The notes under the pieces: model-generated
Database searches by the model: none
What the model saw: only the letters and a program-made list of their open reading frames with translations
Told to the model about the DNA's origin: nothing
Translations under genes and position numbers: made by a program
In this document: positions 9,421-19,127 of the stretch, one piece after another
Position numbering within the stretch: position 1 is the stretch's first letter
Layout of the letters: each line of letters starts with the position of its first letter
Origin: Candidatus Falkowbacteria bacterium RIFOXYC2_FULL_36_12
GTDB taxonomy: Bacteria; Patescibacteriota; Patescibacteriia; UBA11705
DNA length: 64,000 bases
Assembly (NCBI GenBank): GCA_001778235.1
Contig: MFGJ01000007.1
Location: forward strand, 264,331 to 328,330
Direction: 5' to 3'

Positions 9421-10368
9421 TTATTCAGTAAAAATAAAGCTCTGGGCAATCAAGGCAAAAAGATTTGGATAGCTGGCTTTCTGTTTCAAACCAATGTTGT
9501 AGGAAACCACATAAACCTGGTTTGCTTTGGAAAAATAGTAACGAAATCCGTCTGGACTGATAATACCTTTTACACCTTGCTTATTGTCGAAATCAACCAA
9601 TTGTGCAATATCGGCCTCTGAATCCTGCGACAAATACCATTGTTTTAGATCCTGTAAAGACTCATTTTGCACCACAAGAATATTAACAAATTCTCCGGTT
9701 GGTGAAGTAAAAACAACTTCACGATTATCACGCTCTACTGCCCGAGCAAACCAAGCTTTTGGATAAAAAACATCATAATCATAATTTGGATTAACAAAGG
9801 TTGCTACCAGGTCAGAAAATTCCAATTTTTCACCAACCTCAAGCGGAGTGTATAAATTTAATAATTCATCACCATCGAGATAACTATCAGCATCAGTGTC
9901 TGGTTTATTCATATCTGTATTGATTAGCAATTCTTCAGCGTCGGTAAGACCATCTGCGTCAGCATCTGCATCATGAATATCAGCTAATTTTATCATGACC
10001 GGAACAATTGGAATGATTGGGACAACTGGCTCATCTGGCTGTTCAACTATAGGAATATCAACAATTGGTTTAGGATTTTCGACAACTGGAACCTCAATAA
10101 TTGTTGAGTTAGATGTAGTGTCAGCATAATTCAAATAAACCAAATAGGATAATAAGCAAATTATTATAAGCAAGCTAAAAACAACCACGACAGTCATTGC
10201 CTTATTGCGTTTTTTGGGAAAAGGTTTCCCTGGTTTTGTTACAATTTTTTCTACAATTCGGGTTTCTATCTTTGTCTGTTTTTCCTCGGGGTTAACGCCA
10301 TAAAACTCTAGTGGCATAACATGAATTGTGTCAGGACTATTTTGTTTTTCTGTCTTAGTTTGAACCAT
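9421..10368 (-). CDS. Membrane-anchored protein with DxDxDG Ca-binding (TSP3-like) repeats and a PsbP-like C-terminal domain
   Basis: TM helix, Pro-rich linker, DADADGLTDAEE / DTDADSYLDGDE repeats. Confidence 0.7.
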   Translation of the reverse strand: MVQTKTEKQNSPDTIHVMPLEFYGVNPEEKQTKIETRIVEKIVTKPGKPFPKKRNKAMTVVVVFSLLIIICLLSYLVYLNYADTTSNSTIIEVPVVENPKPIVDIPIVEQPDEPVVPIIPIVPVMIKLADIHDADADADGLTDAEELLINTDMNKPDTDADSYLDGDELLNLYTPLEVGEKLEFSDLVATFVNPNYDYDVFYPKAWFARAVERDNREVVFTSPTGEFVNILVVQNESLQDLKQWYLSQDSEADIAQLVDFDNKQGVKGIISPDGFRYYFSKANQVYVVSYNIGLKQKASYPNLFALIAQSFIFTE

Positions 10369-10374
10369 AACTAT

Positions 10375-10986
10375 TTATAAATTTAATAACTTACCTGGTC
10401 CATTTGGATTGTAGCCATTTTTTACTTCTTCACCATCGGGATAAGTATCACCGTCAGTATCAACTTTTAGCGGATTGGTCTCGTAAAGCTGTATTTCCTG
10501 ATAATCGGACAAACCATCATCATCAGTATCTGCTTTCAGAGGATTAGTGTTAAATAAAGTTTCTTCATTGTCCTTCAGACCATCTCCATCTGTGTCAAGG
10601 TCTACATCAACTTGGGTATCGTCTGTAGCAGGAATGGTCACGGATAAATCAGAATCTGTTGGTGTGGTTGCTTCAATGTCAGAATTGTTTGCAGTATTTG
10701 TATCATCAATGGGATCAGAGTTATCAGAAACAAATAAACCAGTACCAAAAACAGAAAAAGCCCCGGCTGCGACTACAAGAAATAGAAAAATTAAGACCAC
10801 AATCAAAATAATTTTGCTACTACTCTTTTTGGTTATAGGTGCCTGATAGTCAAACTGCTGTTCAGGTTGTGCCAGTGGCTCTGCACCAACAACTGGTTGT
10901 AAATTCTCGGACTGTGGTTTCACCTCCTCATTATTAGTGACTGGAGCTTGCTGCAAATTTTGCTCGGATTTTGGATCATCAAACAT
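10375..10986 (-). CDS. Membrane-anchored protein with bacterial TSP3-like Ca-binding repeats
   Basis: TM helix; DTDGDGL..EE...TNP...DTDDDGL..DTDGDTYPDGEEVKNGYNP. Confidence 0.75.
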   Translation of the reverse strand: MFDDPKSEQNLQQAPVTNNEEVKPQSENLQPVVGAEPLAQPEQQFDYQAPITKKSSSKIILIVVLIFLFLVVAAGAFSVFGTGLFVSDNSDPIDDTNTANNSDIEATTPTDSDLSVTIPATDDTQVDVDLDTDGDGLKDNEETLFNTNPLKADTDDDGLSDYQEIQLYETNPLKVDTDGDTYPDGEEVKNGYNPNGPGKLLNL

Positions 10987-10991
10987 ATATT

Positions 10992-11057
10992 AAGCGAGAT
11001 AAGCGAGAACAGCGAGGTCAGCGAGTAAAGCGAGTACAGCGAGGTCAGCGAGTAAAG
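10992..11057. repeat. 9-bp tandem array (same family as 1243-1321)
   Basis: About 7 units agcgagata/agcgagaac/agcgaggtc/agcgagtaa/agcgagtac directly upstream of a start codon. Confidence 0.85.
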
Positions 11058-11117
11058 TAATACTTTCTTCTGAACTTGCTGTCTTCGGTACTTGCTGTCT
11101 TCTGTTCTGGCTATTTA

Positions 11118-14100
11118 TTAAAATGAAATATTTATATCTGGGTTGTTACTAAATGAATCATAATAACCTTTCAATATTCCTTCTAGTTTATAATCTAACT
11201 GGGCTGAATTGAAAGAATTAAAGGTATACCAATAAACATAGTCTCGGCCAGAGAAAGGATGGGAACTTCTAAATGAATTTGATTGGTATTCTTGAGTTTC
11301 AGAATTAAAACAAGTTTTTGGATCGGTTCCAGTACGACAAAGAGAACAAATTGATTGATTATTTACTGTGAAACAAGAATCTGAACTGGTAAAACATTTT
11401 CTTCCATTATTGGTGTTATCACAGCTAACACCATTATATTCAGGCAATGAACTTGGCTCATAACTAGCAAATGAATTTACTGGGTCAACAGAAAGTGCCC
11501 GACCTAATACATTGGCAAATTCAGCCTGCCAACTAGGCCAAGGACTATAAACATTGCTTCGCAAATAAGTCCCTGATTCAAGTTTTGGCAAAGTTGAATG
11601 TTGAGTATAGTAACTGGATAACAATTGTCGAATTGAAACTATATCATTGACGCGTTTAATATCTCTTTTTATAGCCCAGAGTTCATCAGAAGTCGAGACA
11701 TTGGTGTTTAAACTAATATTATCAACTAATTGAGAAAATATATTGATGGTATTTGGACTGGCTTGTTGATTGTAGCCGAGTACATATATATTGTTGAAAA
11801 GTCTGCGATTGATTGTTCCTTGAGTTTCAACAGAAGCTTTATTACCACCAGAAATATAAATTGTATTACCATCCTGAACTCCATAATAACATATTTCAGT
11901 TTGATAGAGAGGATCTGTGGCACAATCAACTTTTATTTCAGTAACCACGGTTTTGGCATTTGGAACATTAGTCAAATACCAGTCCCTGGCTGATAAATTT
12001 CCAGGATTAGAATACACACGAAGAGAAATAGCATCGCTTGAAAAATCATTGGTGATATCTGCTTGGCGCAACAAGAAATATTGATGTAATAAATTTTGTT
12101 CATTTGCAGCTTGACCAGCTGGAATAACGCTAATAGCAGGAAGATCATCATCCAGGACATTTGACTGTCCGGCATCTCGGCAATATGGCATTTGGAGGTT
12201 GTCAAAAGGAAAATCAAGTGTCTGTGGATTTTCACAAAGAAAAGTTGTAACTATTCCAGAACCTTCAATAGTTCGACCTGATTCACCATAAAATTGATCC
12301 CGAGCAATATGAGCTTTGGCAGTAATGGTGGCTGTGCCATTTTGGGTACCGGCTGAAGCTTCAAACTCATCTGGGGCAGGATTAGTGATACTGACAATAT
12401 TTAAGCCACCATCATCTATGCGCCAATTGTCCCAAGTCCAAGAATAATCTGCTGTTGAGAAAAGAATATTTGAGCCTGCTTTGGCGAAACGATGAACTGA
12501 CCAAGTTTCATTTACTGTTGTGGCATATTTTTCCGCAGGATCAACACCAACAGAATCAAAATGACAAATATCAGTACTGACATCAAAGGTGAACTCCTGT
12601 TTAGGGATGCTCATCCTACAATTATTTTTCAAGTCTTTTAAGATTATCTTATACCTAGTTGATTTTAATATTTCATTTGGTTGAATAAATATACTTGTTT
12701 GTGTCTTGTCTGAAATTGGTCTGATGGTTATTTGATATTGTCCTTTATCAAGCTTGCACCAATCTAAGGCACTGGCTGAAGAAATAAATATTTTTCTAAA
12801 CCAATCCTTTATTTGACCAATAAATGACAATGATCCTGTAGTACAGTTTTCAGCTTGATATTCGATCTCAACATGTGAAGATGCGGTAGAAGTGCCTGTC
12901 AACAAATCATCAAGTAAAAGATCATAACTGACAAAGATGGCACTGTTACGGCAAACTGGATTAGCTAAATCAGGGCTGACCATAGTAGCTCTAGGTGGAT
13001 TGTTCGGATCGCAACCAGGAGGTGTTGGACCGGCCTGCCCTGAATAAATGTATTTTAATTCACCAGAATCCTGCAAACTAATGCCGGTAGCTCCAGCTGT
13101 TTTTTCTTCAGCAGTAACATTTTCAGTTAAGGTTGCCCTGACCATGGCAGTTTCTTCACTCGTAGCAATGCTCAAATAACCCAAAACAGTAATTAGAGAT
13201 TTTGGACTGCCAAAACTGGCACCAGAATCATCACCTTCGCATTGATAATCTTCACCTGGATCAACTGAACCATCATTGCAGGATGTACCAGCAATAATGG
13301 CTGAACCATTGTTCAGACATTCAGAGGTACACCAGCTTGGGGCAATGCAACTACAACCAGCTGAACCATAACTGCAAGATTTTCCAGCATCTTGACAAAT
13401 ATACTCACATTCTTCCTCGTAGCCATCATATGTTTCACCCAAACCATTGCCACAACAATTTCTGGTTGTTGACTGATCGCAAGCTGGAAAACCTGACAAT
13501 AAACAAGTATTACTACAAATAGCATCACTGTATTGCTCGCAAGAACATCGGGAATCTCGAGTAGGATTACAAGTACTACCATTTGAATCAAGACAATTGA
13601 CTGAAATTGGCTCACATTCTTCACCAGATTCAATAGTACCATTACCACAAATAGCAACGCGATCTGATGATTTTATATTGCTACCACTATATAAACATTT
13701 ATTATTTAATCCAAATTTTTGGTTTAATTGACCAAAATCATCATCCTCACCAAGTTCTTTCAAACTATTACCACAGGTGAATCCACTAGCGGTCGAACCT
13801 TCATTTAGACAAACTGCACTGCAACCATCACCTGAAGCATTGTTACCATCGTCACAATCTTCTGAAAAATTGATTGTGCCATTGCCACAACAAATTGCAC
13901 CTGAATCCAAAACTGAATCGCCAAAACAAGCTGTGGTGCCGGAATATAAACATATATCAGTACAGCCATCATTATTATTTACATTACCATCATCACATTC
14001 CTCACCAACTTCAACCAATGAGTTGCCACAAACAGCTTGATACGGCTCTGAACCGAGATTCAAGCAATTTTCGGTACAACCTGGATTTATTTGTTGTAAA

Positions 14101-17100
14101 TATATTGATTCAAATATAGATATTAATTTCCTGTGGGCCGGATTGTTGGCATCATAACTAACTGAAGAATTCAAATTTATGGCTTTGGTTGGATTTGAAA
14201 ATTCATCCCAACGCCAATTATAATCATAGGGATTTAAACGCTGACCAGCTGCGCTACAAATGTCTGGGGCTCCATAGGATGAAGCACTATAAACGATTTC
14301 ATCGCCTGCTCGCACGGAGGTATATTGACCTGGATTTACATCCACTCGATCAGGGCGACAATAAGCCTCTCCATCACGAACTTTGAAAACAAAACTATAG
14401 GCATCAAAAGCTGTAATCTGGTCAGTTGATTCAGTCTGGGTAACACAGCTTGAACAGCCTGAAGGAAAACTACAAATACAATCTGGATCACCGGCAGTAC
14501 AGGTGCTTCGTTTGGAGATACTGCATTCAGTCTGACAAATCTGGCGTTCAGATGGACAGCTATAATTCGGGATACTGGTAATCGGAGAACAAGTACAAGC
14601 TGAAATATTACCAGTACAAACTTGAGCTGGATTTTCTGCACAATGAGCGACTTTTATACAATTTCCTTTGACTGGATCAGGACTGAAACATTGTTCAGTT
14701 GGCATTTTTTCAAAAGTACCAACTTCCAAACAATTACATCCAACCGAAGAAGTGGTACAAGCTAAACCGATTGAGCCATCGGCCAATTGACAAGCTTTTT
14801 GTGCTTGGCAAGTACAAGCAGGAGCATCAGCGGAACAGAACTTTGTAGTATCTTGAGTACAGACTTTTGGTTCAATACAAGTGCAATTTAAAGAATCTTG
14901 GGTACATGTCTGACTAATATTTTCCTTGCAATATGACGCGCAAACAGGAGAGTCACAGGTCTTTGGGTCAGAACAAGAACAAGCAGTACTTATAATATCA
15001 TCGGTCGTGGTATCTAAATATTGATTACAAGTAGACAGAGCCTGACTACCGGTAAAAATCACTCTATCAACCTTCGAACAATTGGTTGCTTCGCATTGTT
15101 CAGATAAACTAAGTGTCGGGTAAGTTTCGAGTACTCCATTGCCACAACAAGCACCAAATTCAGAGTTATCACAATCCGGGAAACCTACTAAACGACAATC
15201 ATTTGAACAAACTGGGTTGTTGCCGAGTGAACAAACACAACCATCTGCACCAAAATCACATGAATTACCAGCTGTATTTTTACAAATTGCTTCGCATTGT
15301 TCTCCAGCATCTGCCTCAAGTACACCATTGCCACAAGTGCCGATTTCAGCTTGAGTATTGAAATTTAAACCAGTTAAATTCTTATTGCTAATGCTCAAAA
15401 TATTATCTTTTATAACCAAACGATAGTAAACTGATGGTTCAAGTGCAGTATTAGGGGAAACGGTTAAACGGTTACAGACATTAGTGCCAGCAATCGTTGT
15501 TTCTCCGGTTGTACTGTCACAAAGTATTTCAGGCGAAGCAGAATTATTTGACAGAAGATTGTCCTGACCAACTACAGAAAGACAGTTTTGATCATTACAA
15601 CGATATAAACTTATATTTGTATTGTTATTAAATAAAGACTCTTTTTTTATAAAAGTATTAAATTCAGCACCAAGTTCAGCGTTGCGACAAGCCTGATCAC
15701 AATTTGGCCAGAAATCAATTACCTTTGGGTCAAGAAGCTGAACTGATAAATTGGCTGAATCTGAAACTGTGTTACTGGAAAGGACAGCAGAAGCGGTGAT
15801 ATCAACTGGGTCATTGGCTGGGGTTTCAGGGTTTGTAACTCCAGACAATAAACCGAATAATGCTTCGTCACCATTTAATCCAGCAGAAGAAAGTCTCTCA
15901 ATAAGTCCCAGATATTTTGACTCTATTGACCAACTCCAATCGTATAATGAAACATTGATTATAGAACAATTCTGACCTTGACCATTAACAACATATTTTT
16001 GCGTATCCGCAATTGAATCAAGAACTCCATCTGAAGGATTTACCACAACAGAATTAATAGAACAGTCTTGTGATCCAGTATGAAAACGCCAAACATAATC
16101 ATTGCTCATCTGCTGAACCTCTCCATTTAGAGGAGAACTGCTAAGACCGGCTGGCACTTTTACCTGATACCAAAAGTCAGCACCAAGAGTTCCATAATTT
16201 TTTAGAGAAACTTCAGTGATTTCTTCGCCTTCAAAATTACTATTTGATAATTCATAAATATCTGGTTCACCTTCAACAACTCCTCGGACACTAAAACTGT
16301 AGGTGGAAGATTCACAACGATCAGCTTCGCAGGTATCAAGATTGCATTGGACTCCTGGTAAAATACATTTTCTAACCTCAATTTGATTACCCTCTTCGAG
16401 AAACGAACTTGGAGCCATTTCCATATTAAAAGAAAAAGCAATAACAGAATTTGGACAAGCACTGCCACTGTTTTTGGTTGGTGAAGGAGATTCATTGTAT
16501 TCTCCAGCTGAACAAGTTCTTTCAATAATTTTCGGCACTCGAGGAATTCTACCAGTGCTAAAGTACCAACCATATTCACAAGAAGTAACCTCGGCCTGAC
16601 ATTCAGAAGTAAGAGAACAATAATTGTCATTACAACAAACCTGACCAGCACCACAACTTCCAGCACTGCAACGCCCAACAGTAAATTGGGCTGGATTACT
16701 GTCCGCACCATTGCGAGAAACATAAACATTGCCTGTCTTGGCTAGAGCCGGGACAACCACTCCCTCAATTGATGCGTCGGTCCATTCAACATCGGTTAAA
16801 GCAAAACCTTCAACAATTTCATAAACACCATCTGATTTAAAGAATTTTATTTGTGCAGGACTGTTGCCAAAGCCAGTACCGACAATATTTATCTTTGTGC
16901 CGGGAGATCCATTGTTGGGACTAAGCGAACAAATTCCAGGAGAAACAGGTAAATCATTATTGACTACAAAATCTTTGGAATCCACACCTTTGACACCTGA
17001 AACTTGTAACACAAATGAACCATTGTCTAATTGTTCTGGAATTTTTATTTTTAGTTGATTATCTGACCAGAAATTTTGACAAACGCTGTCAGCTAAAAAG

Positions 17101-19127
17101 CTATCTGTACCTGACAAAAAGTTGACTGTTCCTGAACTGCCAAAATTTTTGCCTTCAATGGTAATTAATTGTCCGGAAGGTGCTGGGTTTTGGGAAATTG
17201 AAATTATTTCTAGGGCATCGGCTGATTTTTCAACCCTAAAATTGACAGGGTTACTGTATAAGCCAGGGAAGTTGTCCCTGCCAACTTGGACAGGAACATT
17301 GCCTGGAGCTAAATTTGGAATACGAATACCAGTAATAGTGGTGTTAGTTCGAGAAACTTCTGAAGTTGTAAATTGGTTGAAATAAACTTCACCAGTTGAA
17401 CCAAAGTTTTCGCCAACTGCATTGGCTAGAGAAGTAACTTCACCTGAAGGTAAATTTGATTGCTGATTGACAACAGAACATAAACCAATCCAATTGCTAT
17501 TATCAGCATTAATACTATAATTCCCTTTCCACCCCGGAGACTCAAGGTCTGAAGTGTTATTATAATTTCCATTTTTATCGGTTAAGATAATCGGACCATT
17601 GCCATTTTCAGGTACACGAACCACAACCTGTGTATCAAGCCATGAGCCTGTACGGCCACAAGCCAACTGTGCCTCCTGACCATTAAAAGTAATTTGGCTC
17701 TGATCACTAAATGATCTGAAATTTTTTCCTCGGAGAGTAACAAAAGAACCAACTGGACCAGAAGCTGGCAGGACACTTTCAATCACGGGATAAGGCCAAA
17801 GCTGACAAGATGTTTCACAAGTTGTAACTCCATTTAATTCAGTACAATTTATACCTTCTTGACAAACATAATCACAGCCCTCTGGATTAGTACATGCTGG
17901 ACACTGGTCAACTTCACAATCAGGCAAGGTGCAATCAAAATCATTAGCATCATTAAAGCAACTAGATGAAGCGACCAAAAATCGTTTAGTTGTTTGGCCA
18001 GAGTTGTCACTAAGATCAAGAGCAGAAAAAGTCGAAGTATGCCAACCGAGTTCGAAACCGGTGGTTTGAGAATTTATAATAGATAAATATTCAGACTGAC
18101 TATCTCCAGAAAGTGAAAATAGCTGGCAACTATCTGCTAAATCTGTTTGCTTGGTCGGGCATAGTTCAACACTTTGCAAGCCACCAACATCATTGGCGCT
18201 GACATCAGCGGCAATATCAAAATTTTGCTGTACAGGACTTGGCGACAGAGAATTAATAGAAACCTCTGGATTGTCAGTGTCACAGAAGCTACTGGTAGTA
18301 AATGCTGAACTCTGACAATAACCCTCAAGCTGTGAGGCACAATTTATTGTCTCACCTGTCTGATCTTGGAGATTTAAAACCTTTACAATATATGATGATC
18401 CTGAATCAAAACAATTTGGTTTGTTACAGCCTTCTGGGCAAACTGTATCTGGGGTAAAGGTTATAATACGGTTTAAAACTGAAATTTGACCGGCTACTGC
18501 CTGCTCTTCCCCATCAACAAGTTTGTAAACCTTTATATTGTCTTTGGCGTTTTGATAATCATTGTCTGATAACGGAACCCGACCAAATGGATAGGTGACT
18601 TTTACCAGTGAAGTAATTGGACGATCATTTCCTCGGGGAGAAATACTGACTGAAAAAACCACACCAGTTCCTCCACTTCCGCCGGCATTGTCAATCGGAG
18701 TAGACTGCTGACCTGAACCAGTAGCCTCTGATAATCTATTTATAATAAAACTTGTTAGGGCAAAGGCTGATAAAATAATTGCTAGACCAATAACACCATT
18801 AATAATCCACTGTTTGGCTTTGTCAACACCAGCTTCACTACCACCAGAGATCATGTAAAGAAATCCGCCATATAAAATTACGGCAATAGTTACTACGCCT
18901 AAAAAGCCTAGAAATATTCTAATTACGCGACCAACAATTATCCGAGGATCTTCAGCTCCCAGTACGGTGGCTTCACCAACCAACTGTGTACCTTCAACAA
19001 TGCTATTTTGGGCATGGGCAATAACGGGAAAAACAAAAAAGATTGCAACTACCATAAACATTAGCGCAACTAACAAACCTGAAAGTGTTTTTTGTTTTAT
19101 CATTTTATTTTTATTTAATATGGGCAA
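11118..19127 (-). CDS. Giant (~2660 aa) Cys-rich surface protein: N-terminal TrbC/VirB2-like pilin hairpin, Ig-like and IPT/TIG domains, Myxococcus-type Cys-rich repeats, C-terminal GspG/pilin-like segment
   Basis: Signal peptide + DPRIIVGRVIRIFLG...YGGFLYMISGG; P.I.S..P..G..G..VT..G.NFG (IPT); CGNG..E.GEECDDGN repeats; KRDIKRVNDI..IRQLLSSYY. Alternative start 19103. Confidence 0.8.
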   Translation of the reverse strand: MPILNKNKMIKQKTLSGLLVALMFMVVAIFFVFPVIAHAQNSIVEGTQLVGEATVLGAEDPRIIVGRVIRIFLGFLGVVTIAVILYGGFLYMISGGSEAGVDKAKQWIINGVIGLAIILSAFALTSFIINRLSEATGSGQQSTPIDNAGGSGGTGVVFSVSISPRGNDRPITSLVKVTYPFGRVPLSDNDYQNAKDNIKVYKLVDGEEQAVAGQISVLNRIITFTPDTVCPEGCNKPNCFDSGSSYIVKVLNLQDQTGETINCASQLEGYCQSSAFTTSSFCDTDNPEVSINSLSPSPVQQNFDIAADVSANDVGGLQSVELCPTKQTDLADSCQLFSLSGDSQSEYLSIINSQTTGFELGWHTSTFSALDLSDNSGQTTKRFLVASSSCFNDANDFDCTLPDCEVDQCPACTNPEGCDYVCQEGINCTELNGVTTCETSCQLWPYPVIESVLPASGPVGSFVTLRGKNFRSFSDQSQITFNGQEAQLACGRTGSWLDTQVVVRVPENGNGPIILTDKNGNYNNTSDLESPGWKGNYSINADNSNWIGLCSVVNQQSNLPSGEVTSLANAVGENFGSTGEVYFNQFTTSEVSRTNTTITGIRIPNLAPGNVPVQVGRDNFPGLYSNPVNFRVEKSADALEIISISQNPAPSGQLITIEGKNFGSSGTVNFLSGTDSFLADSVCQNFWSDNQLKIKIPEQLDNGSFVLQVSGVKGVDSKDFVVNNDLPVSPGICSLSPNNGSPGTKINIVGTGFGNSPAQIKFFKSDGVYEIVEGFALTDVEWTDASIEGVVVPALAKTGNVYVSRNGADSNPAQFTVGRCSAGSCGAGQVCCNDNYCSLTSECQAEVTSCEYGWYFSTGRIPRVPKIIERTCSAGEYNESPSPTKNSGSACPNSVIAFSFNMEMAPSSFLEEGNQIEVRKCILPGVQCNLDTCEADRCESSTYSFSVRGVVEGEPDIYELSNSNFEGEEITEVSLKNYGTLGADFWYQVKVPAGLSSSPLNGEVQQMSNDYVWRFHTGSQDCSINSVVVNPSDGVLDSIADTQKYVVNGQGQNCSIINVSLYDWSWSIESKYLGLIERLSSAGLNGDEALFGLLSGVTNPETPANDPVDITASAVLSSNTVSDSANLSVQLLDPKVIDFWPNCDQACRNAELGAEFNTFIKKESLFNNNTNISLYRCNDQNCLSVVGQDNLLSNNSASPEILCDSTTGETTIAGTNVCNRLTVSPNTALEPSVYYRLVIKDNILSISNKNLTGLNFNTQAEIGTCGNGVLEADAGEQCEAICKNTAGNSCDFGADGCVCSLGNNPVCSNDCRLVGFPDCDNSEFGACCGNGVLETYPTLSLSEQCEATNCSKVDRVIFTGSQALSTCNQYLDTTTDDIISTACSCSDPKTCDSPVCASYCKENISQTCTQDSLNCTCIEPKVCTQDTTKFCSADAPACTCQAQKACQLADGSIGLACTTSSVGCNCLEVGTFEKMPTEQCFSPDPVKGNCIKVAHCAENPAQVCTGNISACTCSPITSIPNYSCPSERQICQTECSISKRSTCTAGDPDCICSFPSGCSSCVTQTESTDQITAFDAYSFVFKVRDGEAYCRPDRVDVNPGQYTSVRAGDEIVYSASSYGAPDICSAAGQRLNPYDYNWRWDEFSNPTKAINLNSSVSYDANNPAHRKLISIFESIYLQQINPGCTENCLNLGSEPYQAVCGNSLVEVGEECDDGNVNNNDGCTDICLYSGTTACFGDSVLDSGAICCGNGTINFSEDCDDGNNASGDGCSAVCLNEGSTASGFTCGNSLKELGEDDDFGQLNQKFGLNNKCLYSGSNIKSSDRVAICGNGTIESGEECEPISVNCLDSNGSTCNPTRDSRCSCEQYSDAICSNTCLLSGFPACDQSTTRNCCGNGLGETYDGYEEECEYICQDAGKSCSYGSAGCSCIAPSWCTSECLNNGSAIIAGTSCNDGSVDPGEDYQCEGDDSGASFGSPKSLITVLGYLSIATSEETAMVRATLTENVTAEEKTAGATGISLQDSGELKYIYSGQAGPTPPGCDPNNPPRATMVSPDLANPVCRNSAIFVSYDLLLDDLLTGTSTASSHVEIEYQAENCTTGSLSFIGQIKDWFRKIFISSASALDWCKLDKGQYQITIRPISDKTQTSIFIQPNEILKSTRYKIILKDLKNNCRMSIPKQEFTFDVSTDICHFDSVGVDPAEKYATTVNETWSVHRFAKAGSNILFSTADYSWTWDNWRIDDGGLNIVSITNPAPDEFEASAGTQNGTATITAKAHIARDQFYGESGRTIEGSGIVTTFLCENPQTLDFPFDNLQMPYCRDAGQSNVLDDDLPAISVIPAGQAANEQNLLHQYFLLRQADITNDFSSDAISLRVYSNPGNLSARDWYLTNVPNAKTVVTEIKVDCATDPLYQTEICYYGVQDGNTIYISGGNKASVETQGTINRRLFNNIYVLGYNQQASPNTINIFSQLVDNISLNTNVSTSDELWAIKRDIKRVNDIVSIRQLLSSYYTQHSTLPKLESGTYLRSNVYSPWPSWQAEFANVLGRALSVDPVNSFASYEPSSLPEYNGVSCDNTNNGRKCFTSSDSCFTVNNQSICSLCRTGTDPKTCFNSETQEYQSNSFRSSHPFSGRDYVYWYTFNSFNSAQLDYKLEGILKGYYDSFSNNPDINISF

